DNA of 64,000 nucleotides from Candidatus Latescibacterota bacterium (GCA_965203805.1 OZ241917.1:2944001-3008000), one strand, 5' to 3'. Shown: positions 27,547 to 38,276, counted from the stretch's first letter. Notes: generated from the sequence alone by a model not told the origin. Program-made: numbers and translations.

Positions 27547-28425
27547 ATGAGACGCACAATCGACCAGACATTGGATTTACTCGCGTCCGACGACATCTTT
27601 CACATTCCCGACAGAAAGAGCAGAAAGAAATGGAATGGGCCGTGGTGGCACATGGCGGCGCTGTACGAGATGGGGGAATCCGGACGAATCCCGAAGTCGG
27701 CCGTCACCAGGGCGCTGAAACTGCTGAAGGAAGGCGCCTGGCCGAGATTCGTCGTCGAACCGGCTGACGCACCGCAAGCGGATTCCGACCGGCCGAAAAT
27801 GGATTGTTGCCACTGTGAGTTGGGCGTATTTTACATGGTACTCGCGTCGTGCGGCTGCGACGTGGATACCGAACTGCCCTGGATTCGGGAGTGGTTTCTT
27901 AAACATCAGTTGCCGGACGGCGGCCTGAATTGCTCGCCGGATGCCTATCGCGACTCGAAGAAAAGCTCGATTGTCTCGACGCTTCCGCCGCTGGAAGCCG
28001 TTCTCTTCTTCACCGATCGAGACTACACGGATGCCGAGAAAGATTTCCTGTATCAGGGCGCGCGCTACCTGAACGAACATCGCCTCGTCTGCTCGAAGAC
28101 GGGTGGGAATGTCATCGACGACGCATGGCTGAAACCGCTCTTTCCCCGCTTCTTCGAATACGACGTCCTTCGAGGCATGTACTTTCTCGTGGAATGGGCG
28201 CGAAGAACGGGAGGACTACTTCCGGTTGAAGCGATCGAGTGGGGCCTCGACCGGCTCAGTCGCTACAGAGACGCTGCCGGAGTCGTCATCGGAAGACATA
28301 TCAACGATGGCAGCGGCGGATGGAATGGCAGCACGTTCCCGTTGATGGAGTCGACAGGCGCCGTCGGGACCGTTTCGCCGTACCTGACGAGGCAGTTCAA
28401 CACGGTGTTAAAGGCGGTGAGATAG
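27547..28425 (+). CDS. Hypothetical protein, prenyltransferase/alpha-alpha toroid-like
   Basis: HQLPDGGLNC repeat-type motif; FPRFFEYDVLRG. Confidence 0.6.
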   Translation: MRRTIDQTLDLLASDDIFHIPDRKSRKKWNGPWWHMAALYEMGESGRIPKSAVTRALKLLKEGAWPRFVVEPADAPQADSDRPKMDCCHCELGVFYMVLASCGCDVDTELPWIREWFLKHQLPDGGLNCSPDAYRDSKKSSIVSTLPPLEAVLFFTDRDYTDAEKDFLYQGARYLNEHRLVCSKTGGNVIDDAWLKPLFPRFFEYDVLRGMYFLVEWARRTGGLLPVEAIEWGLDRLSRYRDAAGVVIGRHINDGSGGWNGSTFPLMESTGAVGTVSPYLTRQFNTVLKAVR

Positions 28426-28427
28426 AG

Positions 28428-28462
28428 CAGCATTCAGCTGTCAGTTGTCAGCCGTCAGCTGG
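28428..28462. repeat. Five tandem 7-bp units (CAGYNNN)
   Basis: CAGCATT CAGCTGT CAGTTGT CAGCCGT CAGCTGG. Confidence 0.65.
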
Positions 28463-28568
28463 AATCAAAATCGAACATCAAATACAAAACCCCCTTTTCC
28501 CCAAATTCCCTGCCTCCGGCGGGTTCCTTTTGAAGCGACCAAAAGGAACCAAAAGTCGCCGCTGGGCG

Positions 28569-28631
28569 CCTGCCTGCGCCAAGCCCTGCCTGCCTGTGCG
28601 TGTACGCACGCAGACAGGCGCGGCAGGCAGG
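28569..28631. repeat. Nested palindromes: a 30-bp element inside a 33-bp element
   Basis: Outer CCTGCCTGC...GCAGGCAGG; inner CCTGCCTGTGCGTGTACGCACGCAGACAGG at 28589-28618. Confidence 0.75.
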
Positions 28632-29006
28632 CGGGGCCTGCAATATGCATAGCGCGAACACCCTCACAGGATGCACACGATCCTGTGCCCTGACACCTCC
28701 CGTGGCACATCGAACCGTGTCGCTGGACGGAACCGCGCGCTCTGCTCTGGTAGTCCTCCGATCGGGAATTACCTTTGCAGACTGATTGGCACCTGTATGA
28801 TGAGGAGAGCGGTTCGCTCTCAGCTTTCAGCCAAGAGCGAACCGCCCCCAGCCCCGCAAACCTCTCCCCACGTCTCCCCTCTCCCCGCCTTTCGAAAAGG
28901 GCAGTGCAAAAGGAGAATTTATGGGAGAGAATAGTCATCACGAGATGAAGACCCGGTATTCGTCCCGTGCGCAGGTCTGAAAAGCCGAAAACGGAAGGTT
29001 CCGCCC

Positions 29007-29363
29007 GTGTTGGCAACGCGGTACATTTACTTCACAGATAACGTCAAACGCATGGTTTCGTTCTACCGGGACGTGATGCGGATGGCGGTCATGATGCCAC
29101 CGGAAGCGACGGACCACGATCCCGGGGGCTGGGTCAGGTTGTCCAACGGCGGAGTGGAGATTGCCATCCATCGCGCAGGAAAACCCGGTTGCGCAGGCCG
29201 GAACAGGAACAAACTCGTCTTCGTGGTGGACGACGTCGGCGCAACGCGCCAGGCATTGCGGAAATCCGGAGTCCGCGTGGGCAAGCATCATTTCTACGCG
29301 AACTCCGAATGTTGCGACTTCAAGGATCCCGACGGCAACACGCTGCAGATTTCGAATCGGTGA
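29007..29363 (+). CDS. VOC/glyoxalase family protein
   Basis: FYRDV, LVFVVDDV, FKDPDGNTLQI. Confidence 0.85.
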   Translation: MLATRYIYFTDNVKRMVSFYRDVMRMAVMMPPEATDHDPGGWVRLSNGGVEIAIHRAGKPGCAGRNRNKLVFVVDDVGATRQALRKSGVRVGKHHFYANSECCDFKDPDGNTLQISNR

Positions 29364-29402
29364 TGGCAGGCATCGCTTCAATCGTTGAAAACAGGAGAAT
29401 CC

Positions 29403-29819
29403 ATGGAAGTCGACAGGGTCGTCCCCTTTTTCGCCGTGAGCAAAATGCAGAAGTCCCTGGAGTTCTATCTCGACGGACTCGGTTTCGAGATGGCGGGCAA
29501 GTGGGTCGATGAAGGCGTTATCAGGTGGTGTAGCCTGCGGATCGGCAACGCCGAATTGATGCTCCAGGAATTCAGGACCGAAGGCCACGATTCACGTCGA
29601 TTCAGCGAGAACAAAGGCGAAGGCGTCTCGCTGTTCTTCTTCTGCGACGACGCCGTTGCATATTATCGGGACGTCCTGTCCCGGGGAATCGACGCCTCCG
29701 AGCCGCAGGTGGGGAACGGGATGTGGGTCACCTCCATGGCCGATCCCGACGGATATAACCTGTACTTTCAAAGCGCCACGAATGTGCCTGAGGAGACGAG
29801 ATTGTCGGAAGTGGCGTGA
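29403..29819 (+). CDS. VOC/bleomycin-resistance family protein
   Basis: SLEFYLDGLGF, DPDGYNLYF; AGGAG RBS. Confidence 0.85.
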   Translation: MEVDRVVPFFAVSKMQKSLEFYLDGLGFEMAGKWVDEGVIRWCSLRIGNAELMLQEFRTEGHDSRRFSENKGEGVSLFFFCDDAVAYYRDVLSRGIDASEPQVGNGMWVTSMADPDGYNLYFQSATNVPEETRLSEVA

Positions 29820-29901
29820 TTCTCGATGGATTTCCGACGGAAGTGAACGGTCGGAGTTATGCCTTACGGAGCGAGAGGCGTTTGCAGTGGGACAGTCCGG
29901 G

Positions 29902-31140
29902 ATGACCGACGGGGAACTGGAAGCGAAGGCGATCCGGATCCAGGCCGTTGTTGAGGACAAGGTTGTACAGAACCACGGCATGGTGCCCATGCTCGTGCGC
30001 GCCGGCGATTACCAGTTGCCGTCCGAGGATGACTATCGCGGCGCGTACCGCCACCGTCACCTCCTGGGAAAGACCGAGGCCGATGTCGGCATCGCCCCCA
30101 TGCACGTCTGGCGGGCCTGGGAGAATACACCCACGGACACCGCGTGGTATCTTGGCGCAATGAGTTACCGGTACCGGTGCGATGGCGACCCAAACGTCCT
30201 GGCAATCTGCAGGCGCACCTTCGGGGCGCTCAGATATATCCACGGGCTCGGCGTCGAGAAGGGCGAACCGGGGTTCATGTGCAAACCGTACGGCGGTGTG
30301 TACAGCAACCAGGCATCCGGCGACCAGGTGCAGTGCATTCTGGTCGGGCTGGCCGCGTACCGGCCCATTGCGCCGCCCGAAGACCTCGCCGCCGTCGACG
30401 AGATCCTCGTGGACATGGCCGAATTCGACATCAAATGGAATTACGTCTCCCCCCATGGCTATTTCGGATATACCTATGAGTCTCTGGTAGAGTCTATTCT
30501 CGGTAAGAACTGGATCAATGCCGCGTGGTCCTACGCCATCATCCACACCCCCCTGCTGTACCTGGCCTGGCAGGCCACTGGAGATCCGAAGTTCCTCCGC
30601 GAGATCCACCGCTGGTACGAGGCCTGCGATACGAGCATCAGGTTCGAGCGCCCAATGGGCAGGATCACCGGCAGCCAGGGATGGCGCGCGCTTTACCTGC
30701 CGGCGCTGTTGATGGCGTTCGATCCGGCGAACCACGAACTGTGGCGAAGCCTGATGCTGCAGACCTACGATATGGTTCGATCGGGCGTGCTGGAGGACGG
30801 GACGCAGGCTTACCAATGGATTTTCGACGTGGGAAGCGGTGAACGCGAACTCCTACCCGCCAGTCTGTGGGGGGCAGGTCCCGCCGCGACCGGCAGGTCG
30901 GGCATCTTCGCCAGGGCCTGCGTGGCCGCGCAACCGTGGTTTCCGGACGAGGGGATGGCGTCTACCGCACGGCATATACTGGAGAATCTGGATCTGGATA
31001 CCTTCCGGTTTATCATGCCGCTCAAGGAAAACCAGCCGGTGCCGCCGGAGTGGAGAGTGGAGACCAGGCTGCTGGACATGGACAGCCTGACCGGGTGGTT
31101 GTGGGGCTACTGGGAGGGCCGGTGGCGCGGGTACTGGTAA
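29902..31140 (+). CDS. Hypothetical protein, possible (alpha/alpha)6 sugar-active enzyme
   Basis: GC3-biased ORF; WENT..DT..YL, SGDQ, AWQATGDPKF; start uncertain. Confidence 0.6.
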   Translation: MTDGELEAKAIRIQAVVEDKVVQNHGMVPMLVRAGDYQLPSEDDYRGAYRHRHLLGKTEADVGIAPMHVWRAWENTPTDTAWYLGAMSYRYRCDGDPNVLAICRRTFGALRYIHGLGVEKGEPGFMCKPYGGVYSNQASGDQVQCILVGLAAYRPIAPPEDLAAVDEILVDMAEFDIKWNYVSPHGYFGYTYESLVESILGKNWINAAWSYAIIHTPLLYLAWQATGDPKFLREIHRWYEACDTSIRFERPMGRITGSQGWRALYLPALLMAFDPANHELWRSLMLQTYDMVRSGVLEDGTQAYQWIFDVGSGERELLPASLWGAGPAATGRSGIFARACVAAQPWFPDEGMASTARHILENLDLDTFRFIMPLKENQPVPPEWRVETRLLDMDSLTGWLWGYWEGRWRGYW

Positions 31141-31269
31141 GTTGATCGAAGTGTAGAGCCGATTTTTCGCTATCAAGAGACCGACCGATCTGCACGAAGC
31201 CGATGATCACTCGCCTGGAGTCCGGACATTGGTGCGGGCTGCATACGGATCCGGGCACGGGAGGTTCAA

Positions 31270-33372
31270 ATGAAACCACGGAAGATACAGCGAATCGCTT
31301 TCCTGCAGGACTACAGGAACCGGCCGGAGTCGCTTGTGGACGAGATTCCCGAAGTGGCCGGCCTGGGTTACCACGAGGTTACCGTGGCGGCAGTGATCGG
31401 CCACGAAGAGGCGGTAGCGGAGGTGGCCGGAAAAGCGGAGGAATATGGCCTCGAGGTCTCCACGTTCACCGGATTCATGAAATACGCCTACCAGCATCTG
31501 GACGAGCATCCCGAGCAGAAGGCCGTGTTCAGCAAGGATGCGGACCACGAGGAACTGGGAAACCTGCCGGCCGTGTGGGGGTGTCCGTATAACAGGGTGT
31601 TCCAGAAACGGTACCTCGATTTCCTGGAAAGGCTGGCCGAGATACCGAATCTCACGGAAGTGTGGGTGAACGACGAAGCCTATTTCGGCAGGGATATCGA
31701 TCTTCTGGCGTGCTACTGCAAGACCTGCCAAGCGGATTGGGACCGAGAAATCGGCGGGAGGATCCCCATGCCGCCGTTCAGCGACATGGACGAGAAGGCG
31801 CGGCTGGTGACCTGGCGGTTCCGGCGCTGGAACGAAGTACACGGAAAAATGAAAAGGGCCCTGAACCGGAATCGCCGGATCCGGGCGGTGTTTCAGAGCG
31901 GCCCGCAGCCTTTCTGGGACATCAACCCCTGGATATGCGGCATGGACATCGACGGAATGGTCGAAGCCATCGACGGCCTCGCAGTCGACGCCTATTACAC
32001 CTGCGTGCTGCCGGCGGTGGGCAGCGGCCTGTTCACACCGCCCGAAATTTTCCTGAGCGAGTGCTGTCGTTTCATCCAGGGGATGACGCTGGGAGCGGAA
32101 AAGGTGAGCGTGATGCTGGCGCAGGGCATGTCGCACCCCGAGTTCCACCGGCCGTTGGACGAAAGGGACGGCTGGTGGCAGGCCGTGGTTCCGCCGGCCC
32201 TGGGCGTGGATCGCGTGACAGCCTATACGTACCGGCTTCAGCGGGCGTCGCCGATGCACAGGACTTTTCAGGATGCGTTTCGTCTGGACCCCTATTTCGA
32301 ACGCACCGAGCCCGTTGTTTCCGTCGCCGTCGTGGACAGCCTGGAAACCCAGTGTTACGACGAGTCCTTACCCGCCAGGGGCCGCGAGAACTGGCGCATG
32401 AGCCGGATGTTCTCCATCGGGCAGATGGCCTCGCACTACGGTCTTTCCCATGGGTATCTGCCCTCGTCGAAGCTGACTTCCGAACATCTCGAACGGTATC
32501 CGGCGGTGGTGCTGCCCAATGTCTCCTGCCTGTCCTCCGGCCAACGAGATGCCCTCCTGACGTACGTTCAGGACGGCGGCACGCTGGTGGCGGCGGGGGA
32601 AACGGCCACCCGGGACGAGATGGGACGCCCTTCGGATCTTTCGTTTCTCAGGGAGGGTTTCGGGATCTCTTCTTGCACGCCGGCAGGGGGTCCCCGCATC
32701 TTCGACGCCGTGAGCGACCACGCGGCGTTCGAAAACCTTCCATGGCCGGATGAGAGAACCGCGTGGGATCCATGGAAGGGCGCCAACCGCCCTGTCCTCG
32801 GGCTGGACCTGGCGGTGGATGTGACGTCGGAGGGCGAAGCGGATGTGCTGGCTGTGTTCGAGGAAGCGGGATCCCCGACCTCGTGTCCCGCCGTCACTTT
32901 GAAGCGCTTCGGCAGGGGGAATGCCGTATTCGTGGCGGGCATCCCGTCCAGGTGGTTGGATCTGAGGCCGGCGGGCACCACCGTTCTCAGCTTTTCCCGC
33001 CAGGTGCTAGCGCAGTTGATCCTGTCACTGGTGGGAGAGAGGTTGCCCGTGGTCGCGAAGGGATTTCCGCCGCGGGTGCCGCTGCAGGAGGCCAGACCTC
33101 TGGATATTCGATGGAAGCCGACCGTGGAAATCATGCCCTCGGTGGGCGAAGACCTGATCCTGGTGACGGTGCCGTCCTATTTCAGGGAACCCGGCGCATT
33201 CCGGATCGAAGCGAGGCTGCCGGACGGCAAAGAATGCGCCGAGGTTAGGGAACTGGTGTCGGACCAGCCCGTAGCGGAAACGAGACAGGATGGGCGATCG
33301 GTGGAAATCGACGTCGACCTGACCACCGAGGACTTCCTGAAGGTGTACGCCTTCTCCCTGACGCGCGTGTAA
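31270..33372 (+). CDS. GH42-like glycoside hydrolase with trimerisation (GATase-like) domain
   Basis: CPYN, NDEA..CYC..C, VVLPNVSCLS..YVQDGGTLVA. Confidence 0.7.
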   Translation: MKPRKIQRIAFLQDYRNRPESLVDEIPEVAGLGYHEVTVAAVIGHEEAVAEVAGKAEEYGLEVSTFTGFMKYAYQHLDEHPEQKAVFSKDADHEELGNLPAVWGCPYNRVFQKRYLDFLERLAEIPNLTEVWVNDEAYFGRDIDLLACYCKTCQADWDREIGGRIPMPPFSDMDEKARLVTWRFRRWNEVHGKMKRALNRNRRIRAVFQSGPQPFWDINPWICGMDIDGMVEAIDGLAVDAYYTCVLPAVGSGLFTPPEIFLSECCRFIQGMTLGAEKVSVMLAQGMSHPEFHRPLDERDGWWQAVVPPALGVDRVTAYTYRLQRASPMHRTFQDAFRLDPYFERTEPVVSVAVVDSLETQCYDESLPARGRENWRMSRMFSIGQMASHYGLSHGYLPSSKLTSEHLERYPAVVLPNVSCLSSGQRDALLTYVQDGGTLVAAGETATRDEMGRPSDLSFLREGFGISSCTPAGGPRIFDAVSDHAAFENLPWPDERTAWDPWKGANRPVLGLDLAVDVTSEGEADVLAVFEEAGSPTSCPAVTLKRFGRGNAVFVAGIPSRWLDLRPAGTTVLSFSRQVLAQLILSLVGERLPVVAKGFPPRVPLQEARPLDIRWKPTVEIMPSVGEDLILVTVPSYFREPGAFRIEARLPDGKECAEVRELVSDQPVAETRQDGRSVEIDVDLTTEDFLKVYAFSLTRV

Positions 33373-33419
33373 TCGGACGGACGCGCCGACACGATTTCGA
33401 GCAACGACAGCTTTGGCAA

Positions 33420-33854
33420 TCAGGAACGATTGAGTCGCGACCGGATACAGGCGTCCACACCGTACTTTCCGGAACCCACCAGCAGGAACATCACCGCGAT
33501 CGACAGATACAGAATCGCCAGTTCCTTCTCGCCGAACGGGTCGGCTCCATGCACGCCGAATGCGGCCACCAGCATCGTGAATCCCATCAGCGCCGTGCCC
33601 GGCCGCGTCAGCAGTCCCAGCGCCAGCATCAGCCCGCCCCCGAACTCCCCGAAGGCGGCCGCCCAGGCGAATAACTCCGGAAGCGGAAACCCCAGCTTTG
33701 CCGTACCGGCCACAAGTCCCGCGGAAGGCGGGAGCTTCCCTATTCCGTGCCCGAATGCCATGCTCAAACCGGCAATGACCCTCAGGATCGCCAGTCCCAG
33801 ATTCGCCTTGTCGGACTCAATCTCCGCACCGCCAAACAACAGTTCCCTGTACAT
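33420..33854 (-). CDS. DoxX family membrane protein
   Basis: LRVIAG..HG..KL, EFGGGL..LGLLTR, GSGKYGVD. Confidence 0.9.
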   Translation of the reverse strand: MYRELLFGGAEIESDKANLGLAILRVIAGLSMAFGHGIGKLPPSAGLVAGTAKLGFPLPELFAWAAAFGEFGGGLMLALGLLTRPGTALMGFTMLVAAFGVHGADPFGEKELAILYLSIAVMFLLVGSGKYGVDACIRSRLNRS

Positions 33855-33976
33855 ACGTTGCCTCCCTGTTGTGGATTGAACCTATACGCGAGCCTACCAT
33901 CTCCTTGCCGTAATCTACAAATCCGTGCAACAGTTACATCTCGAATAAAGGATCGTGCGGACCCTGGAGTCGCGTC

Positions 33977-34726
33977 CTACTCTGCGAGCGGATGAAAATC
34001 GTCGCCGGACATTGGTTTGTGCTTTTTCCAAAGAGCCTTCATCTCGATCAGGACCCGTTGCTTCGACGGAGCAGGTAATGGATTCACGCGAACCACCTCG
34101 GCACGATAATCTCCTGGCGACTCAGCCATCGCCTTAACCAGATCCTCCACCAGATATCGTGGCGCCCATCCGATCATGTGGTAATCTTCGGTCTGGATTT
34201 GCACAGCCAGACCGGTTTTCGGATTGGTCAACTCAAGCGTCACGTAAAGCTGATCGCCGGCTTCAAGGCATTCGATCCGCTTCTGTGCGGATTCATTGAC
34301 ATGCCGCCATCCGTGCAGGAAGAAGCGGCAGACGAAACTACCGTTTTTGTCCTTTTCGAGTTTAGGAAAAACCTCGTAGGAATCCGTCACGCGAGAACCG
34401 CCGCTCCTCGACAGAATCTCAATGGGATCGGCACCCTCACGCAGGTCGAGATAACTGAGATAATCGGCACGATCCGGTCGCGCCCGATTAATAACCCGGT
34501 TTTGAAAAAGTGGAAAAAGTCTCGGTGAATCATACATCTCTTTCAGGTTTGGGAACTCGATAAGAGGCGAAAATCCTACCTCTTCCTGTGCACGCTGCGC
34601 GCCTCCAATGTAGCGAAAGCGATACAACGGCCGTTTAACGTCGGCATCCAGTCGGCCCACGGGAAACCACTGCCTGCTCGATTCCTTTTTGTGCTGCCAC
34701 GCTAGATACAAAGTTCTAACACTCAC
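33977..34726 (-). CDS. HIRAN domain protein
   Basis: LYLAWQ..WFPVGRL, LFPLFQNRV..RPD, C-terminal LE..NP...AV....IGWAPRYL. Confidence 0.8.
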   Translation of the reverse strand: MSVRTLYLAWQHKKESSRQWFPVGRLDADVKRPLYRFRYIGGAQRAQEEVGFSPLIEFPNLKEMYDSPRLFPLFQNRVINRARPDRADYLSYLDLREGADPIEILSRSGGSRVTDSYEVFPKLEKDKNGSFVCRFFLHGWRHVNESAQKRIECLEAGDQLYVTLELTNPKTGLAVQIQTEDYHMIGWAPRYLVEDLVKAMAESPGDYRAEVVRVNPLPAPSKQRVLIEMKALWKKHKPMSGDDFHPLAE

Positions 34727-35625
34727 TGAACAAGCCCTCCTAACTGCTCAATACCATAGTGCATCTGTGCAATGGCGAAATCTCTCGCCGAAGGTGACAT
34801 CCAATTTTTCGGCACACGATCCACGAGTTCACTTAAGGATTTTTTGTCCAGTCTTTCGAGATTTTCGAGTGCAGGGCGGAAGATATCCGGAAAGCCGCGC
34901 GCCGCGCGCCTTACGAGTTCAAGTGGGCTAGGGCCGCGAGCGTCCTCCTCTGTCCAGTAAATCGCTCCGTGCCCTCTTTCGACATAGTTGCCTACCCTAT
35001 TCTCATCCAAAAGTCTGTCACGGCGATCGTCTCGAAGCTCTCGGCCCAACGAAGACGCATGATCGAAAGACGGTGCCAACAAACACTTCAAGTCCTCACC
35101 GGCAAGATTAAACAGAATCCCCCAGTTCTCGTGATGACGATCGGTATTGCCAATCACCGCGTCCAGAACAAGGTAATCTGCGATGCAGAGTTTCCCGTGC
35201 AACTTTGCTTCAGATTCTACGAAAACCTCGTCCATTACTTGCCAGATATTCGTCAGTGTATGACTTGACTGACCGTATTTCCTTCCCGCTTCGTAACCGT
35301 GAACAAACCATTCCAACATTTGGTTGCCATGGACGAGTTCATCTTCATCAGGCACGAACGATTCCGTTACTGATCCTTGCACACCTTCAAAAGTCGCCAA
35401 TTCAACCGTCGCGTGTCCAATATTCAGTAACTCGGCGATCTCAGCCGCGATTTTCTCTGCCCAGTGCTCTCCAGTGTCTCGTCGAGGATATTTAAAGAGC
35501 CAACTACACTCGTTTTCCCCTGGACGCTGATACCAGAACTTTTCCTTACTTCCCATTTCCTCGGGATCGAGGATCCAATCTTGTTTTACTTCCCTTACTT
35601 CAAAAAAACAAGGGGGTTTGCTCAT
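34723..35625 (-). CDS. HipA-like (CtkA-type) kinase
   Basis: GSKEKFW, LFK, EHWAEKIA, DAVIGNTDRHHENWG, APSFDHASSLG. Confidence 0.88.
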   Translation of the reverse strand: MSKPPCFFEVREVKQDWILDPEEMGSKEKFWYQRPGENECSWLFKYPRRDTGEHWAEKIAAEIAELLNIGHATVELATFEGVQGSVTESFVPDEDELVHGNQMLEWFVHGYEAGRKYGQSSHTLTNIWQVMDEVFVESEAKLHGKLCIADYLVLDAVIGNTDRHHENWGILFNLAGEDLKCLLAPSFDHASSLGRELRDDRRDRLLDENRVGNYVERGHGAIYWTEEDARGPSPLELVRRAARGFPDIFRPALENLERLDKKSLSELVDRVPKNWMSPSARDFAIAQMHYGIEQLGGLVQ

Positions 35626-36203
35626 TTTATTCTAATCAGGCGTACGGATCGAACAACATTTGGCGAATCAGTCTCTTGCGATTTACAGAAACCACGTCAT
35701 TGGACATATGCTAGACGCCCAAAGGCCGACTCAGGTTGCGGCGAACAGGTGAATACTGTGCGATTCACCGAAACGACGCTCTCATTCTCTTCAAGGGAAA
35801 GGGGCTGTTTTTTGCCAGTCTTTCGCGATCAGATGTCGGAGAAAAACTCGCGGGGTTGATTTGAATCCGTACTCCGTCACGGTGTCAATCGTGTTGCTCT
35901 TTGCATCCCATAAGCTTACCTTACACCTGAAGTGACTTCCCCCAATGCATCCCCGTGTCGGACGCTCCAGGCGCAGTTGAGACCCCTTTCCATCTTCCAA
36001 CCACAACACTGAAAGTCAGTATCGCGAAAGAGACAATGCGGTGCGGCTTCGCCTGCTGGAAACCCGTCCGTAATTCAACGCCGACAACGATTCAAGTATA
36101 GTACTTAGTCATCTGAAAAGCAAGATCGGTCGGGTGCCGTTCCCTCGCCGGGCAAGGCCCCGCGACGACTCCGTTCCTGTCGGCGATGAAAGGAGACGAT
36201 TAT

Positions 36204-37364
36204 ATGAAGATCACCGACGTAAAGGTACTGCCCATCGATCGGTATCTCTTTGTCCAGGTGCATACCGATGAGGGGATCGTGGGACTGGGTGAGTCCGGCG
36301 CGTGGGGGTACCTCGAAGCCTCCGGCGAGGTCGTAAAGAGCTTCAGGGAATACCTGATCGGAAAGGACCCGCTTCGGATCGAACACCACTGGCAGGTCCT
36401 GTACAGGTGTACGCACTTCCGGGGCGCGGCGATCATGGGCGCCCTGAGCGCAGTGGACATCGCCCTCTGGGATATCGCCGGCAAGTATTTCGGCGTGCCG
36501 AGCTATCAGCTTCTGGGCGGCAAGTGCCGCGAGAAGGCCCGGGTCTACGGCCACGTGATCGGGAGCACCAAGGAGGAGCTCTTGAGGGGCTGTGTGCAGG
36601 CAAAAGCCGAGGGATATACGGCCGTGGGCCACCTGACGCCCTTTCTGGATGAGTCGCGAAATGTCCCGTACTACAAGACCCATACGGACAAGATTCAGGA
36701 CGCGATTCAGACGGTGGCGGCGTACCGGGAGGCCGTCGGCGACGAGGTGGACCTGTGCATCGAGATCCACCGGCGGCTGGACCCGGCCGAAGCCATCGTG
36801 CTGGGCAGGGCTATCGAACCCTATCGTCCGTTTTTCTACGAGGACCCCATCCGGCCGGACAACATTGACGCCATGGCCGAAGTCGCGCAGAAGATCGCGG
36901 TCCCCATCGCCACCGGCGAACGCATCCACACGATCTACGAATTCGAAATGCTTCTCGCGCGCAACGCGGTCCAGTACGTACGGCCGGACGTCTGCATGGC
37001 CGGCGGCATCACCCATTGCAAGAAGATCGCGGCCCTCGCCGAGGCGCACTACGTGGACGTGGTGCCGCACAATCCGCTCAGCCCCGTGAGCACGGCCGCC
37101 TGCGTTCAGCTTGCCGCGTGCATTCCCAATTTCGCGCTGCAGGAGTACCCGAGGGGTGAAGGCGAACCGCCGAAGAGCGAAATCGTGTCCGGCGCGCTCA
37201 CGCTGGAAGACGGATTCCTGATCATCCCCGATGCTCCGGGGATCGGCGTGGAACTCGCAGAAGGCGCCGCGGAAAAATACCCGTTTCTTTCACACCGGCC
37301 GTTGCTGGATGAGGGCATGATGGTCACCAGGCTGCACGTCGACGGGTCGGTCGTGGACCAGTAG
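36204..37364 (+). CDS. Mandelate racemase/enolase-superfamily acid-sugar dehydratase (DgoD-like)
   Basis: TDEGIVGLGE, DIALWDIAGK, IEIH, YEDP, ATGER, PHNP. Confidence 0.9.
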   Translation: MKITDVKVLPIDRYLFVQVHTDEGIVGLGESGAWGYLEASGEVVKSFREYLIGKDPLRIEHHWQVLYRCTHFRGAAIMGALSAVDIALWDIAGKYFGVPSYQLLGGKCREKARVYGHVIGSTKEELLRGCVQAKAEGYTAVGHLTPFLDESRNVPYYKTHTDKIQDAIQTVAAYREAVGDEVDLCIEIHRRLDPAEAIVLGRAIEPYRPFFYEDPIRPDNIDAMAEVAQKIAVPIATGERIHTIYEFEMLLARNAVQYVRPDVCMAGGITHCKKIAALAEAHYVDVVPHNPLSPVSTAACVQLAACIPNFALQEYPRGEGEPPKSEIVSGALTLEDGFLIIPDAPGIGVELAEGAAEKYPFLSHRPLLDEGMMVTRLHVDGSVVDQ

Positions 37365-37442
37365 GCTGCATCAGTAGCGTTATTTTCGAGGCGGCCGGCC
37401 TTTTTCGCGGAAGCCTTATTTTAAGTCAATGGAGAACCCGAC

Positions 37443-38237
37443 ATGACAGCGCATCTCAGTGACGATCAGTGGGCGCAATTTGAGAAGGAAGGGTATGTTC
37501 GCCTTGGAAGGGCGATGGACGACGACGAACTGGCGGACCTTCAGCAGCGCATCGACGACATCATGCTCGGTAACGTCAAGGTCCACGATCAGATGTTCAT
37601 GCAACTGGACAGCGAGACGGGCGACTATTCGGAGAAGCGCATCACAACGAGAGGGCACCAGGTATCGACGTTGAATTATCGAAAGATCCAGGACCTCGAG
37701 TTCGATCCGTTGTTCCTGTCCTACATACAGAAACCCGTTTTCCGCGACATCTGCGCGAGAGCCTACGGTCCGGAGACGCCGATATCCTGCTATCGGGCCA
37801 TGTTTATGAACAAACCGGCGGGGAAGGGCACAAACCTTCCCTGGCACCAGGACCGGTTCAGCATTCTCGACGCGGATCCGATCGTAACCGTGTGGACGGC
37901 GCTGGATCGGGTGTCGGTTGAAAACGGCTGCGTCGGGGTCGTGCCCGGGTCCCACCGAAGCACCTTCGACCAGGACGACTCCGCCAGCTTCGCCTTTTTG
38001 ACAGACGATCAGGCCGCTGCCGTTCTGGAAAGGGAAGCGCATGAATACCTGGAAATGGAGGCGGGGGAAGCGGCGCTGTTACATAACTGGCTGCTCCACG
38101 GATCGGGCGTGAACCGGACCGACGCCTCCCGCCGCGGGTTCAGCGTCTGTTACATGGACGCCGTCACAAGATCCGACCAGGGGACCACCTTTTCAATCAT
38201 CTTCGGCGAGGGCGCCCTCAATCCCGAGACGCTGTAG
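37443..38237 (+). CDS. Phytanoyl-CoA dioxygenase (PhyH) family Fe(II)/2OG enzyme
   Basis: WHQD, ENGC..VPGSH, LHGSG.N...RR. Confidence 0.9.
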   Translation: MTAHLSDDQWAQFEKEGYVRLGRAMDDDELADLQQRIDDIMLGNVKVHDQMFMQLDSETGDYSEKRITTRGHQVSTLNYRKIQDLEFDPLFLSYIQKPVFRDICARAYGPETPISCYRAMFMNKPAGKGTNLPWHQDRFSILDADPIVTVWTALDRVSVENGCVGVVPGSHRSTFDQDDSASFAFLTDDQAAAVLEREAHEYLEMEAGEAALLHNWLLHGSGVNRTDASRRGFSVCYMDAVTRSDQGTTFSIIFGEGALNPETL

Positions 38238-38276
38238 GTTTCCACCAAGACACCCGCCTGTCCGAGGATTCCACAG

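Noticed and set aside
28428-28631. CRISPR array
   Set aside because: The repeats are 7-bp tandems or nested hairpins with no regular repeat-spacer period, and there are no cas genes
35791-36009. Small ORF upstream of the HipA-like kinase as a HipB-like antitoxin
   Set aside because: No HTH pattern or clear RBS; it may be a gene remnant but cannot be supported
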